A DNA stretch of 64,000 nucleotides from Octopus sinensis (GCF_006345805.1 NC_043025.1:4588001-4652000), one strand, 5' to 3'. Shown: positions 53,320-64,000, counted from the first letter of the stretch. Made by a program: numbers and translations. The notes: generated from the sequence alone by a model not told the origin.

Positions 53320-53665
53320 TCCCAACCACATGGTTCCAGGTTCAGTCCCACTGCATGGTACCTTGGGCAAGTGTCTTCTACTATAAACTGAAAGAAGCCT
53401 GTCGTATATATGTATATATGTATATATATATGTATGTGTGTGTATTTGTTTGTGTGTCTGTGTTTGTCTCCCTAGCATTGCTTGACAACCGATGCTGGTG
53501 TGTTTATGTCCCCGTTACTTAGCGGTTCGGCAAAAAGAGATCGATAGAATAAGTACTGGGCTTACAAAAGAATAAGTCCCGGGGTCGAGTTTGCTCGATT
53601 GAAGGCGGTGCTCCAGCATGGCCGCAGTCAAATGACTGAAACAAGTTAAAAGAGTAAAGAGTAAA
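53320..53665 (+). mobile_element. family-A SINE with an internal deletion
   Basis: Consensus match. Confidence 0.85.
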
Positions 53666-54241
53666 GAGATTCTGTTAGTCTCTTTTGCCAAACTGTTATA
53701 TTACAAGGAGAGAAACATGAATATAAGTTGTCATGTGGTGGAGCGGAACCCACACAAACTCACCTATATAGATATATTCATGCATGCATCACATAAATCA
53801 AATTTCGGATGTACAGGTAAAATCAGTCTTAATTATGAATTTCCGTTGTTGTTTGAAGTGGAATTCTGGACCTTCCAGCTTTTTTCATTTGATATTTGGG
53901 ATCTTTTCGGTTTGACCGGCAGTTTTTCCCAGCGGTGTCATATGAAATTGTCACCCATAATTATGACCCTTGTATCGATCTATTGCATTTCAATCTGTTT
54001 TAGGGTTGGGTTGGTTAGGGGTGGGGGAAGGGTATCTTTTTTTCTTCACAAATGTAAATAAACCCAATCTGTTTCTTAAACGCGGGACATATTCATGCGG
54101 CACAGACTGTTTTTTTTTTACCTCAATAGACGTCATTGATTGGTTGAAATTGCAGAAATTGAAGAAAAAAAACAGCAAATATCTTACAAACCGCTTCCCA
54201 TTTGTTCCTGCATTTATTATGTTTTTTTAACTCATTATATA

Positions 54242-54267
<26 letters not shown>

Positions 54268-54277
<10 letters not shown>

Positions 54278-54595
54278 GTGAGGGAAGAAATGGAGCTGAA
54301 CGAAGATTTTACAAAATTCCTTTTTATTATTTTCTACATATGTTTCAAAGGCTGCCCATGGTATGAATGGCCATTCATACCATGGGCTCCTAGAGAGCGT
54401 TTGTTCGAAAAGCTTGCTGCACATTTGTTTGGAGATTTAAGTTCCTGGATTTTCCTGAAGAGAATGCTGCAAAATGGTCTCCTTATTCAATCCGAATTAG
54501 GGAATTTGCAGCCTTTGAAACATATGTAGAAAATAATAAAAAGGAATTTTGTAAAATCTTCGTTCAGCTCCATTTCTTCCCTCACTAAATATATA
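54268..54595. repeat. perfect 88-bp inverted repeat enclosing a perfect 34-bp palindrome
   Basis: Arms 54268-54355 / 54508-54595; palindrome GCCCATGGTATGAATGG|CCATTCATACCATGGGC at 54354-54387. Confidence 0.9.
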
Positions 54596-54939
54596 AAACT
54601 TCAATTATCCGCACTAAGGCACGGTTGTGATACCCCATGGTCGTAACCTCAGCCGTGATTTTTCTGTTGTGATTTTTGCTACCCAGGTATCGGTTATAAT
54701 TTGAATAATCCGTAACAAGATAATTCATTTATCCATTTCAATAAAAATATATATATATATATCAGATGGCCAGATAACCGAAGAGATGGTGTTGTGGATT
54801 TCCACTTCGGCATCTGAAACTGACTATTGAGTAATTGTAACATATTATTTTATAGATAAATTTCCTCTATTTACATAATATTGAGGTCTCTTTCTTTCTT
54901 TTGTTATCTTACCGTTTTTACCAATATATATATATATAT

Positions 54940-55497
54940 ATAGAATGGTTGTATACTGTCAATCTAACAAGAACGTGACAGTAGGGGGTACACCACCGTT
55001 GTATAGCCCTAGGAGGCATCGAACGCCTCCTGTCACCCCCTACTGTCACGTTCTTGTTAGATTGACAGTATACAACCATTCTATCGCCCCACCACCGTAC
55101 AGGTCTCTACGAGAGATTTAGAAATTCAATATTTCTTATTTTGATAATCAGTGAATAGATTTCACTGAGTTTACATATATACAGATACGAAGTCCAGACA
55201 AATATCACCAGCCGACCGGTGTCTGCTACTCTAGGCCGATGAAGGACAATGATCCTGAAACACGGTGTCCCTAGATGCAGTTCTGGCGGCCGGGGGTGTT
55301 TGTCTCCCCTTCGTATATGTATATAAGGACACAGGGAAAAAATGTGTCAAAGCTGTCAGGAGGCGTTCGATGCCTCCTAGGGCTATACAATGGTGGTGTA
55401 CCCCCTACTGTCACGTTCTTGTTAGATTGACAGTATACAACCATTCTATCGCCCCACCACCGTACAGGTCTCTACGAGAGATTTAGAAATTCAATAT
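54940..55497 (+). mobile_element. retrozyme/Penelope-like non-autonomous element: 365-bp monomer, 98-bp direct repeat, 93-bp inverted 5' segment
   Basis: Direct repeat 55035-55132 / 55400-55497; inverted repeat 54940-55032 / 55357-55449; internal hammerhead. Confidence 0.78.
55230..55275 (+). ncRNA. minimal type I hammerhead ribozyme candidate (GUC cleavage site, CCGAUGA core)
   Basis: TCTAGG-CCGATGA-AGGA(CAATGA)TCCT-GAAA-CAC(G)GTG-TC/CCTAGA; perfect 6-bp stem I. Confidence 0.72.
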
Positions 55498-55500
55498 GTG

Positions 55501-55542
<42 letters not shown>

Positions 55543-55865
55543 TATAGTATATATTTGTGCATGTGTGTATATGTATGCATACATATATGTATACACACAC
55601 ACACATGTATTTATGTATGATTTCATTTAGTTTCACTCCACCTGTATATACAACACAGACCCATGCACACTCACACATACACCATACATTTCATATTGTT
55701 TTGCTAATAGATTATTTCATCAATGCCTGCACTTAAGTTCCATTGTACGTCAGTAACCTTACCCTAATGTCTTTCACTCTCTCTCTCGTTTCATTCAATT
55801 AGATTTCCTGTTTCTTGCACAAACAACTCTACTAGTAAAAACTTAAAATCAATGCAATCTTGTGA

Positions 55866-56272
55866 TCTATAATAATAATAATAATAATAATAATAATTGT
55901 GTATAGTGCTCAGGTGCACTACAACTCATCTAAAGTGTATATATAATCAGGTGTAGTTTCGGCGGATTTCGGAAAGCATGAGGGCCTTAAAGGATGCAGT
56001 GTCATGGCAGTCAACAACTGACGCAGGCAGTTTGTTCCATGCTTCAGCAACTCTGAGCGTGAAAAAATGTTTCCGAAAGTCATGGGAGCTGTGTTGTTTT
56101 CTGACTTTGTAGGCATGTCCACGTGTGTTGGACACATGGAGATCAAAAAGGTGTTCAGTGTTGTTGTTGGTGAGGTGGTTGATAACTTTGTAGAGTATAA
56201 CCAGATTATGACCAGAGTGAAAAACAAAAATGTCAGAAGGCTTGGTAGCTTGGGAAGAATGAAAGTCCATGT
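55866..56272 (-). mobile_element. CR1/L2-clade LINE 3' fragment
   Basis: ORF remnant SNTRGHAYKVRKQHSSHDFRKHFFTLRVAEAWNKLP with an (ATT)n tail. Confidence 0.87.
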
Positions 56273-56318
56273 TGCGTACATTCGTTTCTTAGCCTTGAAA
56301 TTTAGCTGAAATGTACTG

Positions 56319-56350
<32 letters not shown>

Positions 56351-56389
56351 ACATGTAGCATCTGTTTACCATGCTGGCATGGGTTAGAT

Positions 56390-56588
56390 CTCTTTCCTCT
56401 TTTACTCTTTTACTTGTTTCAGTCATTTGACTGCGGCCATGCAAATCAACCCCGGGACTTATTCTTTTGTAAGCCCAGTACTTATTCTATCGGTCTCTTA
56501 TTGCCGAACCGCTAAGTGATGGGGACGTAAACATACCAACATCGGTTGTCAAGCGATGGTAGGGGGACAAACACAGACACAAAAACAT

Positions 56589-56621
<33 letters not shown>

Positions 56622-56790
56622 CATATATCCGACAGGCTTCTTTCAGTTTCCGTCTACCAAATCCACTCACAAGGCATTGGTCAGCCTGAGGCTATAGTAC
56701 AAGACACTTGCCCAAGATTCCACGCAGTGGGACTGAACCCGGAACCATGTGGTTGGTAAACAAGCTACTTACCACACTGCCACTCCTGCG
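56390..56790 (-). mobile_element. family-A SINE flanked by ~117-bp direct repeats
   Basis: Flanks 56273-56389 and 56787-56906 are near-identical. Confidence 0.88.
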
Positions 56791-57019
56791 TACATTTGTT
56801 TCTTAGCCTTGAAATTTAGCTGAAATGTATAGCATCATCATCATCATCATCATCATCAACATCATCAACATGTAGAATCTGTTTACCATGCTGGCATGGG
56901 TTAGATGGTTTGACTGCTACTGAAAGCTGGAGAGCTGTACCAGGGTCCAGTTTGGTTTGGTTTGGCTTGGTTTCCATGGCTGTGTGCCTTTCCTAATACC
57001 AAAAAGCTTCAAGAGTGCA

Positions 57020-58894
57020 GTGGGTACCTTTTACGTATCACCAGCACAGGTACCTCTTACCTGTCACCGACACAAGTGCCTTTTATGTGTCACCATCATG
57101 GGTGCCTTTTATATATCACCAGCATAGGTCCTGTTTACATGTCACACCCATAAAATTATCAACCATCGTACAAACAATAACTCTGAGCACCTTTTCAAAC
57201 TCCACCCATCTAACACCCGTGGACATATTTACAAAGTAAGAAAACAGCACAGCTCCAAGACTTGAGGAAACCTTTTTCACGCTGAGAGTTGCTGAAGCAT
57301 GGAACAAACTGCCGGGCATCGTTTATTAGTTGTCGGAGCACTGCATCCTTCAAAACTTCCATGCTTCCTGAGATTCGCCAACACTACACCTGATTTTCTC
57401 CCCTCCATACACACACCAGCATGTATCTGACTCATACATTGTTCACTTCCCAGACATTTGTACATTACTGCATATGCTTTATACGCACTTTCTGACAAGT
57501 TGTGGTGCACCTCAGCACTGTATACAATAATTTCATTATTATTATTACCATCATGGGTGCCTTTTTACACGTCACCATCACAGGTGCTTTCTATGTGTCA
57601 CCATCATGGGTGCCTTTTTACACATCACCAGCATAGGTGCTGTTTACATGTCTCTGGCACAGGTGCCTTCTGTGTCACCTTCATGGGTGCCTTTTACACA
57701 TCACCAGCATTGGTGCGGTTTACATGTCACTGGCACAGGTGCCTTCTATGTGTCACCATCATGGGTGCCTTTTATATATCACCAGCATTGGTGCAATTTA
57801 CATGTCACTGGCACAGGTGCCTTCTATGTGTCACCATCACAGGTGCCTTTTGCATGTCACTAGCACAGGTGCCTTCTATGTGTCACCATCATGGGTGCCT
57901 TTTACATATCACCATCACAGGTGCCTTTTGCATGTCACTAGCACAGGTGCCTTCTATGTGTCACCATCACAGGTGCCTTTTGCATGTCACTAGCACAGGT
58001 GCCTTCTATGTGTCACCATCATGGGTGCCTTTTGCATGTCACTAGCACAGGTGCCTTCTATGTGTCACCATCACAGGTGCCTTTTGCATGTCACTAGCAA
58101 AGGTGCCTTCTATGTGTCACCATCATGGGTGCCTTTTACATATCACCATCACAGGTGCCTTTTGCATGTCACTAGCACAGGTGCCTTCTATGTGTCACCA
58201 TCACAGGTGCCTTTTGCATGTCACTAGCACAGGTGCCTTCTATGTGTCACCATCATGGGTGCCTTTTGCATGTCACTAGCACAGGTGCCTTCTATGTGTC
58301 ACATCACAGGTGCCTTTTGCATGTCACTAGCAAAGGTGCCTTCTATGTGTCACCATCATGGGTGCCTTTTACATATCACCATCACAGGTGCCTTTTGCAT
58401 GTCACTAGCACAGGTGCCTTCTATGTGTCACCATCACAGGTGCCTTTTGCATGTCACTAGCACAGGTGCCTTCTATGTGTCACCATCATGGGTGCCTTTT
58501 GCATGTCACTAGCACAGGTGCCTTCTATGTGTCACCATCATGGGTGCCTTTTTACACGTCACCATCACAGGTGCCTTTTGCATGTCACTAGCACAGGTGC
58601 CTTCTAAGTGTCACCATCACGGGTGCCTTTTACATATCACCAGCATAGGTGCAATTTACATGTCACTGGCACAGGTGCCTTCTAAGTGTCACCATCATGG
58701 GTGCCTTTTACATATCACCAGCATAGGTGCAATTTACATGTCACTAGCAAAGGTGCCTTCTATGTGTCACCATCATGGGTGCCTTTTACATATCACCAGC
58801 ATAGGTGCGGTTTACATGTCACTTCTATGTGTCACCATCACGGGTACCTTTTTACACGTCACCATCACAGGTGCCTTTTGCATGTCACTAGCAC
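57020..58894. repeat. 26-bp minisatellite (variants of GGTGCCTTYTRYRTGTCACYAKCACA), interrupted by a CR1 3' fragment at ~57150-57546 (+)
   Basis: 26-bp period with 52-bp dimers; the unit resembles the family-C SINE internal repeat GTGCTTTTATGTGCCACCGGCAC. Confidence 0.88.
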
Positions 58895-59412
58895 TGTCCA
58901 TGACTACAATTTCATTTGGCCTGACAAGTCTTCTCGAACACAGCGAATCGCCAATGGTCTTCATCATCTGTAAGACCCAACATCTGAAGATCATGCTTCA
59001 CCACCTCGTCCATGCCTTCCTGGATCCACTTTCTCCACAGGTTACCTCTACAGTTAGTGATTGGCACTTCTTGACACAGGAACCCTCATTCACATGCATC
59101 ACATGACCATACAAGGCATAGCCTTCCTTCATGTAGATGAAAACTGAAAGAAGCCCATTGTATTTATGTGTTTGTTCCCCAACACTGTCGTGAATCGGTG
59201 TTGGTTTGTTTACATCCCTGTATCTTAGCAGTTCAGCAAAAGAGAGCAATAAAATAAGTACCAGGTTTTAAAAAAGATAAGTACTGAAGTTGATTTACTC
59301 AGCTTAATAATCTTCAAAGTGGTGCCCCAGCATGGCCACAGTATGATTATTGAAACAAGTGAAAGATAATAGATGTATGTATGTGTATATTAATAAATAT
59401 ATGTATGCACAT

Positions 59413-59445
<33 letters not shown>

Positions 59446-59574
59446 TATATATGTGTGTGTATTTATGTGTGTCTGTGCATAGAAATACACACACACACAC
59501 AAATAGATATAGATTTCTATGATAACATGGTTATTACTTCTGTATTCATCTTTTCGGAGTTGATAAATTAAGTA

Positions 59575-60183
59575 CCTATTTCTTTACTATCCATAAGGGG
59601 CTAAACACAGAGAGGACAAACAAGGACAGACAAACGGGTTGAGTCGATTATATCGACCCCAGTGCGTAACTGGTACTTATTTAATCGCCCCCGAAAGGAT
59701 GAAAGGCAAAGTCGACCTCGGCGGAAATTGAACTCAGAACGTAGCGGCAGACGAAATACGGCTACGCCTTTTTTAAGTACCAGTTACGCACTGGGATCGA
59801 TGTAACCAACTAAATCCCTTTGTCTGTCCTTGTTTGTCCCTTCTATGTTTAGCCCCTTGTGGGCAATAACGAAATATATATTTCTTCATTACCCACAAGG
59901 GGCTAAACATAGTGGGGACAAACAAGGACAGACAAAGGGATTAAGTCGATTTCATCAACCCCAGTGCGTAACTGGTACTTAATTTATCGACCCAGAAAGG
60001 ATGAAAGGCAAAGTCGACCTCGGCGGAAATTGAACTCAGAACGTAGTGGCAGACGAAATATGGCTACGCCTTTTTTAAGTACCAGTTATGCACTGGGATC
60101 GATGTAACCAACTGAATCCCTTTGTCTGTTCTTGTTTGTCCCTTCTATGTTTAGTCCCTTGTGGGCTATAACGAAATATATAT
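59575..60183. mobile_element. tandem dimer (~303 bp) of a fold-back family-B SINE unit
   Basis: Each unit is a minus-strand B copy followed by a plus-strand B 3' half. Confidence 0.8.
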
Positions 60184-60185
60184 CA

Positions 60186-60582
60186 CTAGCAGTATTGCCC
60201 GGCGTTGCTCAGGTTTGTAAGGGAAATAACTATATAAGCATTTTTAGAGAGTTATAGCCAAAAAATAGCAAAAAAATGCATTAAAAATGGAAATAAAATG
60301 ATGGTAAATTTTTTTTTAAATCGTTGACTCATCGTAGACATTTTTAGAGAGTTACTTCCCTTATATAATAGCAAAAAAAATGCATTAAAATGGAAAAATA
60401 TGATGGAAAATTTTTTTTAATCGTAGACTCATCGTAGACGCGCACTAATACCCAGAAGGGTTCGATATGAATCATGACTATATGATACCCGATTTTGGTT
60501 AAACTGCACCGCAAAATGTGGGAGTAGTTAGGAATCTAAATCGTAGGAGACAGACACACAACTTCTCTTTTATATATAAAGA
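60186..60582 (-). mobile_element. non-autonomous Helitron (397 bp), same family as 27030-27414
   Basis: Minus-strand A|TC start at 60582; hairpin plus CTAG|T end at 60186. Confidence 0.88.
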
Positions 60583-60611
60583 TTATTTTCGTATTTCTCT
60601 TTGCAGGAAAC

Positions 60612-61037
60612 ATGAGCTTTGCAGGCAGATTGAAACATTTCATACTTCTATATCAGACAATTGGTAACCAGAAAACAACACTACCTCATCTTTCTCAGCA
60701 GATCGACGTCCTCGCTGGTGAATTATTAACCGGCGATGACCAGACGACTAATGATACTTACCTCCTGTATAATTTAAACCCCGAAAATCCAATTGAATTG
60801 CAGTGTGAAGCCAGCCATGTGACATTACTGTCCCAGGATGAGTTTCATTTACTTCTCCCAATTGCTGCTTGTTCTGAGCGGCTCAAAGTGTTCCGGAATT
60901 GGCTCGATGAAGGCAAGTCATTAAAAATAGGGGACACGGTGACCCTGTATCTGATGAAGCATGAAGTGAATGGAAAGTTGCGGTTTAAAGGACGCACAGA
61001 AGATCAACCAGGCACTTTGTTTGGGGTTGAATTAAAT
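60612..61037 (+). CDS. CYLD: first coding exon of a CYLD-like ubiquitin carboxyl-terminal hydrolase (142 codons, start of CAP-Gly domain 1)
   Basis: LLLPIAACSERLKVF and GKLRFKG..PGTLFGVEL parallel human CYLD LLLAITNCEERFSLF and GVVRFRG..SGIFFGVEL (recalled sequence). Acceptor TTTCTCTTTGCAG at 60606, ATG at 60612, phase-0 donor AAT|GTAAGT at 61037/61038. Confidence 0.85.
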
Positions 61038-61184
61038 GTAAGTTTTTTTTTTTTTTTTTTCTTTTAAGGTCTTATAATGTTCCGTTTTGGTTTGAGTTTT
61101 TCATTAATTTTATTAGGTGGACATTGTTAGGGTTAGGGTTAGGGTCTCATTGTTAAGTGTATGTATATATATATATATATATAT

Positions 61185-61236
61185 ATCAACCGTCCAACCC
61201 ATGCCAGCATGGAAAACGGACATTAAATGATGACGA

Positions 61237-61270
<34 letters not shown>

Positions 61271-61726
61271 TCATCATTTAACGTCCGCTTTCCATGCTAG
61301 CATGGGTTGGACGGTTCAACTGGGGTCTGGGGAGCCCGAAAGCTGCACCAGTCCAGTCAGATCTGGCAGTGTTTCTACAGCTGGATGCCCTTCCTATATA
61401 AATTAGTAATGCAATACTAGAGTATTGCTTTCCAGTAAATTACTCTTTGTATATATATATATATATATAATATATATATATATATAAATAAATAAATAAA
61501 ACATGCATATATACATACATATATGTACGTACCTACCTCTACATGTATATATATGGGTACAGGACACCAAAAAAACGTCGAACACAATGAGAAACGAAAA
61601 CATAGACACAAAACCAAGGAATTGGACATTTCTTTTAAACAACGAAAAAATAGAGTACAGGACATACAAACAAGGAAAATTCCCCTTCTTCAGTTGCCTT
61701 AATTTCATCTACTCCACGTTTCGAAG

Positions 61727-61760
<34 letters not shown>

Positions 61761-62585
61761 TCACCATCATCATCATCGTTTAGCATCCGCTTTCCATGCT
61801 AGTATGAGTTGGACGGTTCAACTGGGGTCTGGGAAGCCAGAAGGCTGCACCAGGCCCAGTTTGATCTGGCAATGTTTCTACGGCTGGATGCCCTTCCTAA
61901 CGCCAACCACTCCATGAGTGTAGTGGGTGCTTTTTACGTGCCACCGGCACGGAAGCCGGTCAAGGCGGTGCTGGCATGTATATATATCATCGTCGTCGTC
62001 GTCATTTAATGTCCGTTTTCCATGCTGGCATGGGTTGGACGGTTTGACTGAGGCGGCGAGCTGGCAGAAACGTTAGCACGCCGGGCGAAATGCTTTGCGG
62101 TATTTCGTCTGCCGTTACGTTCTGAGTTCAAATTCCGCCGAGGTCGACTTTGCCTTTCATCCTTTCAGGGTCGATAAATTAAAGTACCAGTTACGCACTG
62201 GGGTCGATTTAATCGACTTAATACCTATGTCTGTCCTTGTTTGTCCCCTCTATGTTTAGCCCCTTGTGGGTAATAAAGAAATAGGTTTGACTGAGGACTG
62301 GCAAACCAGATGGCTGCACCAGGCTCAATCTGATCTAGCAAGTTTCTATAGCTAGATGCCCTTCCTAACGCCAACCACTCCGAGTGTATAGTGGGTGCTT
62401 TTATGTACCACTTGTCAGTCAGGCGAAACTGGCAGCGGCCACGCTCAAATGGCGCTTTTTATGTGCCACCTGCACACCAGTACAAGTGCCAGTAAGGCGA
62501 TGCAGGTAACGATCACACTCGAATAGTGCTTTTTATGTGCCATCGGCACGGGGGCCAGCTTGTTCTGGCAATGATCACGCTCGTA
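61185..62585 (-). mobile_element. cluster of family-C SINE 3' fragments with a family-B SINE (62052-62283, +)
   Basis: (CAT)n CGTTTAACGTCCG..GGATGCCCTTCCTAACGCC pieces; complete B consensus. Confidence 0.8.
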
Positions 62586-62748
62586 TGGTACTTGTATGGT
62601 ATATATGTATGTATATATATGTATGTACATATATATGTCTATCTATACTAGCAATATAGGATGAAGTCCCTTTCTCTACAGAAAAGGAATCCATCAGGAA
62701 GCGTGGGCAGTATATTTAAAAAAACCGTTACGGTTGAAGTATAAACAT

Positions 62749-63179
62749 CATATAATTAAGGGCTAAAGAGGGTTATTCTAAAGCCAATACACTGATTTAT
62801 CCACTTATAATCCGCTTGCTACAGGAGAATTGAAACTGAAAACGGGCAACTAACCTTTAGAAAATTTAAATTCCGTTATCTCTATATTGAATCAATTTCG
62901 GAAATACTCAATTTCGGATGTACTCAAGTGTAGTTATGTTTTTAGCTTGTGCTTTTTCCATGATCATACGTGAGTATTTTATTTATATCCCATCGAAAGC
63001 TCTACTGAAGAAAGAATATATCTTTTCCGAAATTGATTCAATATAGCGATAACGGAATTAAAATTTTCTAAAGGTTAGTTGCCCGTTTTCAGTTTCAATT
63101 CTCCTGTAGCAAGCGGATTATAAGTGGATAAATCAGTGTATTGGCTTTAGAATAACCCTCTTTAGCCCTTAATTATATG
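62749..63179. repeat. 156-bp inverted repeat (2 mismatches) with a 119-bp spacer
   Basis: Arms 62749-62904 / 63024-63179. Confidence 0.9.
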
Positions 63180-63397
63180 TCTATCTATATATATGTCTAT
63201 CTATATATATGTATATATATATATATGTATACATATTTATGTATGTATATATATATATTATATATATGTGTGTGTGTGTGTGTGTGGTGTGTGTATGTAT
63301 GTATGTATATGTATGTATATATATATGTTATATATATATGTGTGTATGTATGTATAATATATATATGTATATATATATATATATATGTATATGTATA

Positions 63398-63428
<31 letters not shown>

Positions 63429-63601
63429 CTGCTGTGATTTTTGCTACTAGGTATCGGTTAAACTTTTGATTAATCTACTACAAGATTATTCATCTTTCTA
63501 TTTCACATAATATATATATATATATGTATATATATATATGAATATATATATATGTATATATATATATGAATATATATATAATATATATATATGTATGTAT
63601 G

Positions 63602-63633
<32 letters not shown>

Positions 63634-63808
63634 ATATATGTATGTATGTATGTATATATATATATGTATGTATGATATATATATATGTAATATATATATA
63701 TATGTATGTATGTATAATATATATATATAGTATGTATATATATATATGTATGTATATATATATATATGTATGTATATATATATGTATGTATATATATATA
63801 TATGTATG

Positions 63809-63839
<31 letters not shown>

Positions 63840-64000
63840 ATATATATATGTGTATGTATATATATATATATATGTATGTATGTATATATATATATGTATG
63901 TATATATATATATATATGTATGTATATATATATGTATGCATGTATATATATATATATGTGTGTGTGTGTATGTATGTATATATATGTATGTGTATATATA
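63180..64000. repeat. compound (TA)n/(TATG)n/(TG)n microsatellite region
   Basis: Directly visible. Confidence 0.95.

Noticed and set aside
32400-56790. tRNA genes suggested by A/B boxes
   Set aside because: They are SINE heads without a complete cloverleaf or acceptor stem and are continuous with SINE bodies.
57458-59106. His/Cys-rich ORFs (MCHHHGCLLH repeats)
   Set aside because: They are translations of the 26-bp minisatellite, open in several frames, with no splice or start context.
61126-61144. (TTAGGG)3 and a similar tract near 54000 as telomere remnants
   Set aside because: Too short and embedded in dispersed repeat-like sequence; no support for an interstitial telomere.
61540-61730. 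Hammerhead in a Penelope-like fragment (minus-strand GACCTTCGAAACGTGG, CTGAAGA)
   Set aside because: The motif halves are in the wrong order and the cleavage position is G; a complete fold cannot be built.

Overview
Eukaryotic, very AT-rich, repeat-saturated genomic DNA. The SINE families and (TA)n/(CA)n density are most consistent with an octopus (cephalopod); this is an inference. The only recognisable host coding sequence is the first coding exon of a CYLD-like deubiquitinase (60612-61037, +; N-terminus plus start of the CAP-Gly domain). The first 16 kb holds three tandem arrays: an 11.7-kb 29-bp AT minisatellite with higher-order structure, about 31 near-identical copies of a 63%-GC 70-bp hairpin unit, and (GGCTT)n. 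Next come nested Tc1/mariner elements (DD41D inside DD34D), an RTE LINE with a 78-bp target duplication, non-autonomous Helitrons, and a young CsRn1-type Ty3/Gypsy element (28085-34917, -) with a tRNA-Trp PBS, a 4-bp TSD and an apparent -1 frameshift signal. Dozens of tRNA-derived SINEs (my labels A-D) are scattered throughout. The most notable unannotated signal is a set of unrelated small non-coding elements at 39-63 kb that carry minimal type I hammerhead ribozyme folds and Penelope-like inverted/direct partial repeats. They include a retrozyme-like 365-bp monomer, a tRNA-headed ribozyme element, and a recurrent CCGA(N)GA core variant. All alignments and folds were done by eye; SINE boundaries are approximate.
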